46,219 nucleotides of DNA, from positions 1 to 46,219 of the forward strand of contig JBEKYR010000043.1 of the NCBI GenBank assembly GCA_049510745.1. Reading direction: 5' to 3'. Made by a program: the position numbers and the translations under genes. The stretch comes from Verrucomicrobiota bacterium. Its GTDB lineage: Bacteria; Verrucomicrobiota; Verrucomicrobiia; Limisphaerales; Palsa-1400. Position 1 is the first letter of the stretch. Each line of letters opens with the position of its first letter. Positions 9,403-19,475 of this stretch are shown piece by piece. The notes under the pieces are model-generated. The model ran no database searches, was not told where the DNA came from, and saw nothing but the letters and a program-made list of their open reading frames with translations.

Positions 9403-10332
9403 TCACTTTTCGCCGGCCGCCAGGACCGTTTGAAAATGGGGCGGCTGCTCCTCGCGCGCCACGACGGCCACTTCAACTTTTTTGAAGCCGGCTTCCTCCA
9501 GCCAGTTCTGCAAATCGCTTTCCGTGAAGCCCAGCCAGCGATCGCCGTAAAGCTCGCGCGCCTGCTCGAAATTGTGCTGCAACAAATCCAGAATCAGCAC
9601 CTGGCCGCGGGGCCGCAAAATCCTGTAGGCGCTGACAATGCCGTCGCGCGGCACGGCCGCGTGATGCAGCGCCTGGCTCAAAAGCACCAGATCGACGCTC
9701 TCCGCTTCGATGGGCGGGTTCTCCAACTCCCCCAAGCGAAATTCCAGGTTCTTGATCTTGTTCTTTCGCGCCTTGGCCATGCCGAACTCCACCATTTTCT
9801 CGGAGTTGTCCACGGCAATGACTTTTTTCGCGCGGCGCGCCAGCAGTTCGCTCAACAACCCTTCGCCCGCCCCCAGATCGGCGATGACCAGGGGCGGGAG
9901 CAGGCGCAAGAGCAATTGTCCGAAGGCCTGCCAGGAGCGGCCGGGGCCGTAGCTGCGGTCGAAGCGCCCCGCCACCTGGTTGAAATAGAGTTGGGCCTGC
10001 TGGGTGCGCCGCAGCAGGATGCGTTTGAGATTCATTTGGTCGGCAGCGTGATCGGGCAGTTCCCGGGCGCCGCGCACCGCCAGTTGGATAAATTCACGGG
10101 TCGCCGGATCGGCGTGGGCCACGATTTTGTAAAAGGTCCTCTTGCCTTCGCGGCGCGATTCCAACAGCCCGGATTCCTGCAACAATCCCAAATGGGTGGA
10201 AATGCGCGATTGCCCCATGCGGGTGATCTCCTGCAGTTCGTGGACCGACAGTTCGCCCTGCTCGAGCAGGGCGACGATGCGCAGGCGGGTGGGGTCCGAC
10301 AACGCCCGCAAGGCTTTCAAGGTGGCCGACAT
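9403..10332 (-). CDS. sahR: ArsR-family HTH fused to a SAM-binding methyltransferase-like domain (SahR-like methionine-cycle repressor)
   Basis: LKALSDPTRLRI-type ArsR HTH; IADLGAGEG SAM motif; LSQALHH; divergent from metK-ahcY; ATG 10332. Confidence 0.82.
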   Translation of the reverse strand: MSATLKALRALSDPTRLRIVALLEQGELSVHELQEITRMGQSRISTHLGLLQESGLLESRREGKRTFYKIVAHADPATREFIQLAVRGARELPDHAADQMNLKRILLRRTQQAQLYFNQVAGRFDRSYGPGRSWQAFGQLLLRLLPPLVIADLGAGEGLLSELLARRAKKVIAVDNSEKMVEFGMAKARKNKIKNLEFRLGELENPPIEAESVDLVLLSQALHHAAVPRDGIVSAYRILRPRGQVLILDLLQHNFEQARELYGDRWLGFTESDLQNWLEEAGFKKVEVAVVAREEQPPHFQTVLAAGEK

Positions 10333-10343
10333 ATAAATAAAGG

Positions 10344-10373
10344 TTGACTCATCTGGCGAATGCATTATATCTT
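10344..10373 (+). promoter_or_regulatory. Putative sigma70 promoter for metK-ahcY
   Basis: TTGACT (10344-10349), 18 nt spacer, TATCTT (10368-10373). Confidence 0.45.
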
Positions 10374-10391
10374 CCTATCAAGATACGTCAA
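10364..10391 (-). promoter_or_regulatory. Putative sigma70 promoter for sahR
   Basis: Minus strand TTGACG, 16 nt spacer, TATAAT. Confidence 0.6.
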
Positions 10392-10394
10392 TAT
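10375..10394. promoter_or_regulatory. Candidate SahR operator
   Basis: CTATCAAGATACGTCAATAT is an imperfect 20-bp palindrome with an ATCAAG half-site; it overlaps the sahR -35 and the region of the predicted metK start site. Confidence 0.5.
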
Positions 10395-10414
10395 GTATTA
10401 AGACCAAAGTAAAC

Positions 10415-11593
10415 ATGAAGAAGAATTATATTTTTTCGTCCGAGTCGGTCGGGGAAGGGCATCCCGACAAAGTTTGCGACACCATATCCGACGCGGTGCT
10501 GGACGCCCACCTGGAGCAGGACCCGCGCAGCCGCGTGGCGTGCGAGACTTACGCCAAAAGCAACATGGTGGTGGTGGGCGGGGAAATCACCAGCAAGGCG
10601 AGGGTCAACCTCAACGAGATTGTGCGCCAATCCATTGCCGGCATCGGCTACGTCAACGAGGACGATGTGTTTCACGCCGAGAAAGTGTTCATCACCAACC
10701 TGGTCACGCGGCAAAGCCCGGACATCGCCCAAGGGGTGGATGCGCGCGCCGCCGAAGGCAAGGAGACGGCGGAGCAGGGGGCGGGGGACCAGGGGCTGAT
10801 GTTCGGCTTCGCCTGTGATGAGACGCCGGAGTTAATGCCGGCGCCGATCATGTTTGCCCACCGGCTGGGGCGGGAATTGAATCGCGTGCGCAAAGCCGGC
10901 CGGGTCGCGTGGCTGCGGCCGGATTCCAAGACCCAGGTATCCGTCCAGTACGAGAACGGCAGACCGGTCCGCATCGTCAACGTCGTGGTCTCCACCCAGC
11001 ACGCGGCGGAGGTCAAACATAAGGAGATCAAGGATTTCATCATCAAGGAAATCGTCCGGAAGGTGCTGCCGGCGGCGATGCTGGACAAGCAGACGCAGTT
11101 TCTGATCAATCCCACCGGACGATTTGTCATCGGCGGCCCGCAGGGCGACACGGGCCTGACCGGGCGCAAGATCATCGTCGATAGCTACGGCGGGATGGGC
11201 CGGCACGGCGGGGGGGCGTTCAGCGGCAAGGACCCCTCGAAGGTGGACCGGAGCGCGGCCTACATGGGCCGCTACGTCGCCAAGAACATCGTGGCCGCCG
11301 GTTTGGCCACCCGCGCCGAAATTCAGTTCGCCTACGCCATCGGCCATCCCGATCCGGTGTCGGTGTGCGTCGATACGTTCGGCACGGGCGAAACCAGCGA
11401 TGAAGCGATCGAGGAGGCGGTGAAAGAAGTCTTTAATTTCAAGCCCGCGGCGATCATCAAGCAATTGAATCTGCTGCGGCCCATTTACGGCAAGACCACC
11501 AACTACGGCCATTTCGGCAAGATTGACGACCCCGGCAGCATCACCTGGGAGAAAACGGACAAGGCCGCGGTGCTCAAGAAAGCAGTCAAGTAA
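10415..11593 (+). CDS. metK: S-adenosylmethionine synthetase
   Basis: [33 protein letters not shown] motifs. Confidence 0.98.
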   Translation: MKKNYIFSSESVGEGHPDKVCDTISDAVLDAHLEQDPRSRVACETYAKSNMVVVGGEITSKARVNLNEIVRQSIAGIGYVNEDDVFHAEKVFITNLVTRQSPDIAQGVDARAAEGKETAEQGAGDQGLMFGFACDETPELMPAPIMFAHRLGRELNRVRKAGRVAWLRPDSKTQVSVQYENGRPVRIVNVVVSTQHAAEVKHKEIKDFIIKEIVRKVLPAAMLDKQTQFLINPTGRFVIGGPQGDTGLTGRKIIVDSYGGMGRHGGGAFSGKDPSKVDRSAAYMGRYVAKNIVAAGLATRAEIQFAYAIGHPDPVSVCVDTFGTGETSDEAIEEAVKEVFNFKPAAIIKQLNLLRPIYGKTTNYGHFGKIDDPGSITWEKTDKAAVLKKAVK

Positions 11594-11620
11594 ACGATTC
11601 CAAACCCCCTGAAAACTCTT

Positions 11621-13096
11621 ATGCCCATCCAACTTTCCCCTGCCCGCAGAGTCAAGCGCGCGGCGCTTTCCACCGGCAACAGCGGCCCCGGCGCCCAGGA
11701 CTTCAAAGTCAAAGACCTGACGCTGGCCGAGTACGGCCGCAAGGCCATCGACATCGCCGAGCATGAAATGCCCGGCCTCATGGCCATCCGGCGCAAGTAC
11801 GCCGCCGGCAAACCGCTGCGAGGCGTGCGCATCACCGGGTCCTTGCACATGACCGTCGAGACGGCCGTTTTAATCGAGAGTCTGCGCGCCCTCGGCGCCT
11901 CGGTCCGCTGGGCCAGTTGCAACATCTTTTCCACCCAGGACCACGCCGCCGCCGCCATGGCCAAGGCGGGCGTCCCTGTTTTCGCCTGGAAAGGCGAGTC
12001 GTTGGAAGACTATTGGGATTGCACCTTCCGCGCCCTGGCCCACCCCGGCGGTTTGGGGCCGCAGCTCGTGGTGGACGACGGCGGCGACGCCACCTTGCTG
12101 ATCCACAAAGGATATGAATTGGAAAAGGGCAGCGGCTGGGTCAATACAGCCAGCGCCTCGCACGAGGAGGAAGTGATCAAGAATCTGCTCAAGCGCCTGC
12201 ACAAGGAGCGCCCGTCCTTCTGGCGCGGCGTCGTCCGGGATTGGAAAGGCGTGAGCGAAGAGACCACCACCGGCGTGCATCGCCTTTATCAGATGAAGGA
12301 AGCGGGCAAGCTGCTCGTCCCGGCCATCAACGTGAACGACTCGGTCACCAAATCGAAGTTCGACAATCTTTACGGCTGCCGCGAATCGCTGGCCGACGGC
12401 ATCAAGCGCGCCACCGATGTGATGGTCGCCGGGAAGGTGGCGGTGGTGTGCGGATATGGGGACGTGGGCAAAGGCTGCGCCCATTCCTTGCGCGGCTTTG
12501 GCGCGAGGGTGATCGTCACGGAAATCGACCCCATCAACGCGCTGCAGGCGGCGATGGAAGGATTTGAGGTCACGACCATCGAGGAATCGCTGGGACGCGC
12601 CGACATTTATGTCACATGCACGGGCAATTGCGACATCATCACCGTTGAGCACCTGGAAAAAATGAGGGACCAGGCCATTGTCTGCAACATCGGCCACTTC
12701 GACAACGAGATTCAGGTCGATCGGCTCAACCAGCGCGCCGGCGTCAAGAAACTGAACATCAAGCCGCAAGTGGATAAATACACCTTTGCGGACGGGCGCA
12801 GCATCTACCTGCTGGCCGAAGGCCGGCTGGTGAACCTGGGATGCGCCACCGGCCATCCGAGCTTCGTCATGTCCAACTCCTTTTCCAACCAGGTGCTGGC
12901 GCAGATCGACCTGTGGAAGAACAAGGAAACCTACAAACCCGAAGTCTATCGCTTGCCCAAAAAACTGGACGAGGAAGTCGCCCGCCTGCACCTGGAGAAG
13001 ATCGGCGTCAAGCTCACCCGGCTGACAAGCAAACAGGCCGAGTACCTGGGCGTCCCGCCCGACGGCCCTTACAAGCCGGAGCATTACCGGTATTGA
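11621..13096 (+). CDS. ahcY: Adenosylhomocysteinase
   Basis: [50 protein letters not shown]-terminus. Confidence 0.98.
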   Translation: MPIQLSPARRVKRAALSTGNSGPGAQDFKVKDLTLAEYGRKAIDIAEHEMPGLMAIRRKYAAGKPLRGVRITGSLHMTVETAVLIESLRALGASVRWASCNIFSTQDHAAAAMAKAGVPVFAWKGESLEDYWDCTFRALAHPGGLGPQLVVDDGGDATLLIHKGYELEKGSGWVNTASASHEEEVIKNLLKRLHKERPSFWRGVVRDWKGVSEETTTGVHRLYQMKEAGKLLVPAINVNDSVTKSKFDNLYGCRESLADGIKRATDVMVAGKVAVVCGYGDVGKGCAHSLRGFGARVIVTEIDPINALQAAMEGFEVTTIEESLGRADIYVTCTGNCDIITVEHLEKMRDQAIVCNIGHFDNEIQVDRLNQRAGVKKLNIKPQVDKYTFADGRSIYLLAEGRLVNLGCATGHPSFVMSNSFSNQVLAQIDLWKNKETYKPEVYRLPKKLDEEVARLHLEKIGVKLTRLTSKQAEYLGVPPDGPYKPEHYRY

Positions 13097-13103
13097 CCCT
13101 CGA

Positions 13104-14171
13104 TCACTCCGCCGCGCTTTTGTCGGCGGCGCCGAGGTGGGCGGCATATTGCGGATAAAGCCGCTGCATACACTCGGGACAAATGGAATGGGAAAACTCC
13201 GCCCCGGAATGCTGGCGCACGAACGTCTCCAGTTGCTGCCAATAGCCCTGGTCGTCCCGGATTTTTTTGCAGGAAGCGCAGATGGGGAGCAATCCGCTCA
13301 AGGTCTTGACCTTGGAGAGCATCTGGTTCAAATGCTCGATCAGATGCGTGCGTTCCTCTTCCATCTTTTTGCGTTCGGTCACGTCGAAGGCGATGGAGGA
13401 GGCGCCGATGATCTGGCCGTCGCCGTTCTTGATCGCGGAAAGGGTCAGGAAGATGTCCACGGGCGAGCCGTCCTTGCGCAGGCGCACGGTTTCCAATTGG
13501 ACAGGCCCCTGGCTGCGCCCCAGTTTGGACATGAGCAGGTCCGTCTGGTGGTGCAGGGCCGGCGGCACGAGCATCGAGGCCGCGCGCCCCAAGGCCTCCG
13601 CCGCCGGGTAACCGTAGAGCCGCTCGGCGCCGGAATTCCAGGTGGTGATCACGCCCTCAAGATTCTGGCCGATGATGGCTTCCTCCGCCGAATCCACAAT
13701 GGCGGCGAGGTAAGCCAGTTTCTCCAACGCGGCGGCGCCTTCCCGCCGGATTTGAACCTCGCGCAATTCCCGTTCGATGGCGGGGATGAGCCGGCTCAAG
13801 CTGCCCTTGACAATAAAGTCACTGGCGCCGGCGTTCATCAAATCGACCGCGCGTTCTTCGCCAATGGCGCCCGACACCACGATCAAGGGCACATCGAGCT
13901 TGTTTTTTTTGAGCAACTCCAAGGCGGGCCGGACGCTGAAACTGGGCAGTTGGTAGTCGCACAGGATCATGTCCCAAACCTCGCTGCGAAGCGCTTCCTC
14001 CATGGCGGCCTGGGACCAGACGCGGCGGTGATGGGTGTCGTAGCCGTTGGCCTGCAAATAGCGCAGCAAGAGTAACGCATCGAATTCCGCGTCCTCCACC
14101 AACAGGACTCGGAGCGTTCGCCTCTGGCTGGGAGCTGCTGGAGCGGTCCCAGTTGGTTGTTCAGATTTCAT
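13104..14171 (-). CDS. Response regulator: REC + PAS + C-terminal CxxC...CxxC domain
   Basis: LLVED, ILCDYQLP and FIVK receiver residues; WNSGAERLYGY...RKDG PAS; tail LPICASCKKIRDD...SHSICPEC; start at ATG 14171 after GGTGG. Confidence 0.85.
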   Translation of the reverse strand: MKSEQPTGTAPAAPSQRRTLRVLLVEDAEFDALLLLRYLQANGYDTHHRRVWSQAAMEEALRSEVWDMILCDYQLPSFSVRPALELLKKNKLDVPLIVVSGAIGEERAVDLMNAGASDFIVKGSLSRLIPAIERELREVQIRREGAAALEKLAYLAAIVDSAEEAIIGQNLEGVITTWNSGAERLYGYPAAEALGRAASMLVPPALHHQTDLLMSKLGRSQGPVQLETVRLRKDGSPVDIFLTLSAIKNGDGQIIGASSIAFDVTERKKMEEERTHLIEHLNQMLSKVKTLSGLLPICASCKKIRDDQGYWQQLETFVRQHSGAEFSHSICPECMQRLYPQYAAHLGAADKSAAE

Positions 14172-14301
14172 TTCACCACCCGCCATAATACGAGCACCGA
14201 CTTGTGATGCCAGCACCGATTGTGCCACCGGGTTGACATCCGGTCAATCCCCATCCACTCTCTCTCCGGCGCGGGCGGAGACAGGGCGCCTGGTTCTCTC
14301 A

Positions 14302-14484
14302 ATGATGCAGGAATCCGGTTCAGTTCAATGTCCCTTTTGTGGACAACGCTTCGATCTGGCGATCGAGACAAGCCAGGCGGAGCAGCAGTTTATTGTGGAT
14401 TGCGAGGTTTGTTGCCGGCCCCTGCGGGTTTCCGTCACCTGCGAGGCCGGGGAAATCCTGGATTTGCGGGCCGAGGCCGATTAA
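14302..14484 (+). CDS. CPXCG-motif cysteine-rich small protein
   Basis: VQCPFCG...EQQFIVDCEVCCRP matches the Cys-rich CPXCG family pattern. Confidence 0.85.
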   Translation: MMQESGSVQCPFCGQRFDLAIETSQAEQQFIVDCEVCCRPLRVSVTCEAGEILDLRAEAD

Positions 14485-14501
14485 CGAAAGAACGTTGTCC
14501 T

Positions 14502-14801
14502 ATGTCAAATATAACTGTGACTGTTTTGTGGATTTATATTGTTTTGCTCCTGGCCGGGGGAGTGATGGGGCTGGTCAAGGCCGGCAGCAAAATTTCCCTC
14601 ATCACGTCGGCAGTTTTTGCCCTGTTGCTGGCCCTCTGCGCCACGGCTGTCATCCGACCCTTTTACTTTGCGGACATCCTTGTCGGCTTGTTGCTGGTGG
14701 TTTTTGGAATCCGCTTCGCCAAGGGCCGCAAGTTCATGCCGTCGGGGATGATGCTCGGCTTGTCGTTGGTGGTCCTGGCGGTGCTGCTTCTGGCCCGGTA
14801 G
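14502..14801 (+). CDS. TMEM14-family small membrane protein
   Basis: YIVLLLAGGVMGLVKAGSKISL...RFAKGRKFMPSG; four hydrophobic helices. Confidence 0.85.
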   Translation: MSNITVTVLWIYIVLLLAGGVMGLVKAGSKISLITSAVFALLLALCATAVIRPFYFADILVGLLLVVFGIRFAKGRKFMPSGMMLGLSLVVLAVLLLAR

Positions 14802-14828
14802 AGGCGCGCCTGTCGATCCTTCCGTCCC

Positions 14829-17411
14829 GTGCAAACCTCGCTTCCGATTTGGCAGAACCACGGGCTAATCCTCGAGGCCTTGCGCCAGGGCAACCGCCTG
14901 GTCCTGGTTGCTCCCACCGGCTCGGGAAAAACCACCCAGGTTCCGCAAATGCTTCTGGACAGCGGTTTTTGTCCCGGAAACATCGTGGTGCTCCAACCCC
15001 GCCGGGTGGCGGCCCGCACCGTTGCGGCTCGCGTCGCCTGGGAGCGCGGCGGCAAGGTCGGCCAGGAGATCGGTTACCAGATTCGGTTTGAAGACCGCAC
15101 CAGTTTGGGCACGCGCCTCTGCTTCGTCACCGAAGGAATTCTGCTGCGCTGGCTGCAAGAGGATCCCCAATTGGCCGGCATCGGCGTCATCCTCTTCGAT
15201 GAGTTTCACGAGCGCAATCTCTTGAGCGACGTCGCCCTGGCCCTGGCCCGGCGCTTGCAGCAATCCAGCCGGCCGGACCTGCGCCTGGTTGTCATGTCCG
15301 CCACGCTGGAGGCTGAACCGGTGGCGAAATACCTGGGCGATTGCCCGATCCTGGTTTCCGAAGGCAGAGCTTTCCCCGTGGACATCCGGCACATCGCGTC
15401 GCACGACGAGCGGCCGGTCTCCGAGCAGGCCGCCGACATCGTGGCGGAAATCGTCCAGGCCCGCGACCCCGGGGACATTTTGATTTTCATGCCGGGCATG
15501 GGAGAGATCAACGCGACCATCGCCGCCTGCCGCGCAATACACGGCTCCGAGCCTCTGGCGCTGCTTGCCCTGCATGGCGAGCTGCCGCCGGAAGAGCAGG
15601 ACCTGGCCTTTGCGGCGAATCGGTTGCGCAAGGTGGTGGTGGCGACCAACGTGGCCGAGACCTCCGTGACGATCGACGGCATCGTCCATGTGATTGACAG
15701 CGGATTGGCGCGGGTCGCCCGCTACGACGCCGAACGGGGCATCGGCACCCTGATGATCGAGCCGATCAGCCGGGCCTCGGCGGAGCAGCGGGCGGGCCGG
15801 GCCGGACGCACCGCCCCCGGCGCCTGCCGCCGGCTTTGGACCGAAAGCGGCCACCTCAACCGGCCTGAGCGCAACACGCCGGAAATCCAGCGCAGTGATC
15901 TGGCCGAAACGGTTCTCCTGCTTCATTCCCTGGGCATCAAGGACGCCGCCCGCTTCGATTGGCTGGACCGGCCCGACCCGCAGGCGGTCGAACGGGCCGA
16001 AGAACTGCTGCGCATCCTGGGCGCGCTCCGGTCCGCGCCGGAAGCCTCCGGCGCCTCCGGCGCGCGCTCCGACATGACTCCCATCGGATGGGAAATGCTG
16101 CGGCTGCCCATGCACCCGCGCTATTCGCGCATGTTGGTGGAAGCGATGAAACACAATTGCGTGCCGGCCGCCGCCCTCTGCGCCGCGCTGGTGAGCGGAC
16201 GCGACCTGCTGGCGCGCCTGGGCCGGGACGACAAGCATATCGCCGAGGCGCGCGAGCTGTTTGAGGGCAGCGCCGAATCCGACTTCCACACCTTGATGCG
16301 GGCCTGGCAGTTCGCGAAAAACAACGGCTTCAACGCCGGCCAGTGCCGCCGCTACGGCGTCCACGCCCAAATAGCGCGTCAAGTGGAACAAACCTTCGAG
16401 CAAATCCTTCAGGCCGCCCGCGCCAGGCCCGCCGCCGAAACCGCCGGCCAGCCGCCCGAGGGGGACGCGCTCTTGCGCTGCGTCACCGCCGGGTTCATCG
16501 ACCAGCTTTGCCGGCGGCGCGACCAGGGGACGCTGGACTGCGACGTGGCCGGAGGCCGCTCGGGGACGCTCGTGCGCGAAAGCGTGGTGCAGAACGCCCC
16601 GTTGTTTGTGGCGGCCAGCATCCGCGAAGTCAGCGGCCGCACCGGCCAAGTGACCCTTCTGGGATTGGCCACCGCCGTGCGGCGTGAGTGGATTGAGGAA
16701 ATGTTTCCGGAATTGGTCAGCACGCGGATCGAGCATCATTTTGACCCGATTCACAAGAGAGTCAGCGCGATCAAATTGACCCGCTGCCAGGATTTGGTGA
16801 TTCACCATGAACACCAGCGCGAGGTGGACCCGGCGGCGGCGGGCCGCTGCCTGGCCGAGGCCTTCGCCAAACACGTCTTCGAGTTGCCGCTCCTGGATCA
16901 TCAACTCAAACAAACCATCGCCCGCATCAACCTGGTGAGCGCGGTCTTGCCGGAGTTGGAATTGCCGCGGGCGGACGCCGCGTTCATCACCGGGTTTCTG
17001 GCCGGCGCCTTTGCCGGCCTGACCCTCGCCAAGGAAGCCCAAGCCACGCCGTTGCGCGACGCTTTTCGGGAATACTTTGGCCCCGACCGCCTGGAATGGC
17101 TCGACGAATTGGCGCCGCCCGCCATCCCCTGGCCCGACGGCCGCAAACTCAAACTGCTCTACCCCGAAGAGACGCGCGACGATGACGGCGAACCCAACTC
17201 ACCGGAAACGCAGGTGAAACTGCACGAGTCATTCGCGTTGAAAGAGCATCCCCACATCTGCGAAGGAAAGCTGCCGGTCAAACTCTGGCTCGCCGCGCCC
17301 GACGGAAAACGGCTTGACTCGACCTTCAACTGGCCGGCGTTCAAGGCGAACACCTATCCCAAACTCAAACCCGCCCTGCAAAAGAAGTTCCCCGGTTTTC
17401 TCTGGCTTTGA
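14829..17411 (+). CDS. hrpB: ATP-dependent RNA helicase HrpB
   Basis: APTGSGKTT, QPRRVAAR, DEFHER, MSATL, ATNVAETSVTI, QRAGRAGR; HrpB-like C-terminus. Confidence 0.88.
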   Translation: MQTSLPIWQNHGLILEALRQGNRLVLVAPTGSGKTTQVPQMLLDSGFCPGNIVVLQPRRVAARTVAARVAWERGGKVGQEIGYQIRFEDRTSLGTRLCFVTEGILLRWLQEDPQLAGIGVILFDEFHERNLLSDVALALARRLQQSSRPDLRLVVMSATLEAEPVAKYLGDCPILVSEGRAFPVDIRHIASHDERPVSEQAADIVAEIVQARDPGDILIFMPGMGEINATIAACRAIHGSEPLALLALHGELPPEEQDLAFAANRLRKVVVATNVAETSVTIDGIVHVIDSGLARVARYDAERGIGTLMIEPISRASAEQRAGRAGRTAPGACRRLWTESGHLNRPERNTPEIQRSDLAETVLLLHSLGIKDAARFDWLDRPDPQAVERAEELLRILGALRSAPEASGASGARSDMTPIGWEMLRLPMHPRYSRMLVEAMKHNCVPAAALCAALVSGRDLLARLGRDDKHIAEARELFEGSAESDFHTLMRAWQFAKNNGFNAGQCRRYGVHAQIARQVEQTFEQILQAARARPAAETAGQPPEGDALLRCVTAGFIDQLCRRRDQGTLDCDVAGGRSGTLVRESVVQNAPLFVAASIREVSGRTGQVTLLGLATAVRREWIEEMFPELVSTRIEHHFDPIHKRVSAIKLTRCQDLVIHHEHQREVDPAAAGRCLAEAFAKHVFELPLLDHQLKQTIARINLVSAVLPELELPRADAAFITGFLAGAFAGLTLAKEAQATPLRDAFREYFGPDRLEWLDELAPPAIPWPDGRKLKLLYPEETRDDDGEPNSPETQVKLHESFALKEHPHICEGKLPVKLWLAAPDGKRLDSTFNWPAFKANTYPKLKPALQKKFPGFLWL

Positions 17412-17683
17412 GGGGGGTTGATTTTGGTTGTTTGCCGGTCGTTTCAATCGCATTCATATCCATGACAATGTTGCTGATTGCCGCCAAAAAACAAACACTA
17501 AATTCGCCATTGCTCTCCCCTTATTGCGACTTGAGGGACTGTTCCCCGTTTGTTCTGGAAGCAGGTAGGATGGCCCGGCTGTGTCGGACTGATGATTTGC
17601 ATGCAGGCGGTGATTGCGCTGATTGCCAGCCGGGTGTGGAGGGGCAAAAACGCTCCATAATGGGAATGCCCGCCGGAAACCAT

Positions 17684-19297
17684 CTATGCGGGATCAAAAA
17701 TAGAGCGGCTTTCAGGCGGGCGGGAATTGGTTTTCGCTGTCTGCGCTGTCTCCGCCAGTTCTTCAGGGTCAGTCTTCAACAGTCTAACCAACTCTTCCAT
17801 GAAGCCGGGGAAGTTGGTGTCTGAATAAGCGATGCCCTGCCAATACTGGACTTCGGCAATTTCCGGGGGAATGGGGATGCCTCCTTTGGGCTTGAAATCG
17901 AACCCGTCGTGGAAGATGGGAATGCGGGGCTTTTGCACAGCAACCGCGTGGCGGAGTTCCTCAAGGACCCAATCGACTTCGCCTTCGCGCTGCGCCAGCG
18001 TGTTGGGAGAGAGGATGATGAGAAAATAGCTGGCGTGTTCGATGTTTCGCCTGAGTCGCTCTGGAAACTTGCCCACACGAGGCTCGTCCACGTCAATAAA
18101 CGCCTTATAGCCGAAGCGCCTGATATCCTTGGCGATCAGCATCGCCAAGGGGCTGTCGCCTGCCCGGCGGTAACTGATAAAAGCAATGTAAGGGTCGGGT
18201 TTGGGTCTCCATAAGACCAGCGCCAATGCTCCAAAGGGTTGTCCGAACGCTGGCCCAAGCCAAGCCCACCACCGGTGGAGATGCCATTGGACGCAGAGCG
18301 AGGCCGCGCACAGCAGCACGGCCCCAGCCACCGCCGTCAGAATCAAAATCCAGATCGGTTTCCGCGACAGGAAGTAAAGAGCGGACGTAATGATGGCTCC
18401 CCAGAAGGACGCCAAAAGCCATTGGCAGGCTTGCGGCAGCCGGCGCAGCCAGTCGTCGTGAAGCAAATTCAACACAGCCGTGGCGTGAATCTCGAGTCCA
18501 GGCATGGGTCCCATGCCGAAACGCGAATACGGGGTGGCAAAGGCGTCCTTGAGTTGCGGCCGGCTATCAGGCGGCAGGCTCTGCCCGATGAAAACGAGTT
18601 TTCCGGCAAAAAACCCCGCCGGGACCTTTGTCGTCAGCGCATCTTGAAAAGGACAATGAAGGATGGCCGAGCCGCCCGGGCGGCCGTAATAGTTGAGCCA
18701 GCGGTCGGCGTTGGAATCTTCGGCGGCGAGTTTTTTTGGCTCCAGATTGGCCGCGGCCACCCAGCCGGCATACTTGACGTTGGCAAAGTCACCGGAGATT
18801 CTCCGGACGGTGTCGTCGCGAATGCCGGCGTGTCCCCAGCCCAGGGCGTTGGTCCGGAAATGGAGAATTGGCGGTGAGACCGCGTCCACCCCCGCCATGC
18901 CGTACTCCGTGCCGCTGTTGACCTCCGCCGCCAGAATGACCGAGCCGTTGTGGGCAATCGCCTGCGCCAGCGTCGCGTCCGCGGTCGCGACGGCGCCGGG
19001 GTCGGAGAAGAGAAAGTCGCAGAAGGCAAGTTTGGCGCCGTCCTGCGCCAGGCGATCCAGAAGGCGCGCCTGGCTAATCCGGCTCAGGGTGCGAGGGTCA
19101 CCCAGTTCATCCAGGGAGACACGATCGGCCAGGACGATGACAGCGTTGGTCACTGGGGCGGTTGGTGTGGCCCAGGTGGAGAGGTCAAAGCTCAAATCCT
19201 CCAGCGGCGTGAAGCTCGTCAAGGCAATGCCCCAGGTGACGCAAATGACCACCAGCCAAATCAGCCTGCTCAGCCAGAATGGAAGTCTGTTCTTCAC
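17684..19297 (-). CDS. CHASE2 sensor - transmembrane helices - TIR domain protein
   Basis: N-terminal TM; CHASE2 motifs (ARLLDRL..DFLF, KLVFIG, DAFATPY, MPGLEIHATAVLNLL); three TMs; TIR FISYRR..FIDVD..ILSP..DWVLEE. Confidence 0.88.
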   Translation of the reverse strand: MKNRLPFWLSRLIWLVVICVTWGIALTSFTPLEDLSFDLSTWATPTAPVTNAVIVLADRVSLDELGDPRTLSRISQARLLDRLAQDGAKLAFCDFLFSDPGAVATADATLAQAIAHNGSVILAAEVNSGTEYGMAGVDAVSPPILHFRTNALGWGHAGIRDDTVRRISGDFANVKYAGWVAAANLEPKKLAAEDSNADRWLNYYGRPGGSAILHCPFQDALTTKVPAGFFAGKLVFIGQSLPPDSRPQLKDAFATPYSRFGMGPMPGLEIHATAVLNLLHDDWLRRLPQACQWLLASFWGAIITSALYFLSRKPIWILILTAVAGAVLLCAASLCVQWHLHRWWAWLGPAFGQPFGALALVLWRPKPDPYIAFISYRRAGDSPLAMLIAKDIRRFGYKAFIDVDEPRVGKFPERLRRNIEHASYFLIILSPNTLAQREGEVDWVLEELRHAVAVQKPRIPIFHDGFDFKPKGGIPIPPEIAEVQYWQGIAYSDTNFPGFMEELVRLLKTDPEELAETAQTAKTNSRPPESRSIFDPA

Positions 19298-19317
19298 GTC
19301 AAGCGAATCGCCCGTCC

Positions 19318-19347
19318 ATACTAATTGTGTGGAGACACCGAAGTCAA
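19318..19347 (-). promoter_or_regulatory. Putative sigma70 promoter of the CHASE2-TIR gene
   Basis: Minus strand TTGACT, 18 nt spacer, TAGTAT, about 20 nt upstream of the GTG start. Confidence 0.35.
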
Positions 19348-19475
19348 TTCAGCGATCCTTCAATAATTCAGTCTGGGCGGCGCGCCGCCGTTCGATGACA
19401 AGCGTGTCAATCGGTTCATGCGCAGTTGGGTGTTGACTCAGGCGCGGCGTTTGCGGATGGTAGCGGCAAACCCAA

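Noticed and set aside
10333..10414. SAM or SAH riboswitch upstream of metK/ahcY
   Set aside because: Only 82 AT-rich nt, fully occupied by promoter and operator-like elements; no riboswitch core recognised; the metK-ahcY gap is 27 nt.
14233..14247. TTGAC-N5-GTCAA palindrome as an FNR/CRP box
   Set aside because: Spacing is 5 rather than 4 nt; more simply back-to-back -35 elements of divergent genes.
17408..17824. 138-aa ORF after hrpB and a gggactgttcccc REP-like word
   Set aside because: No recognisable motifs, overlaps the TIR gene antisense; the word occurs once.
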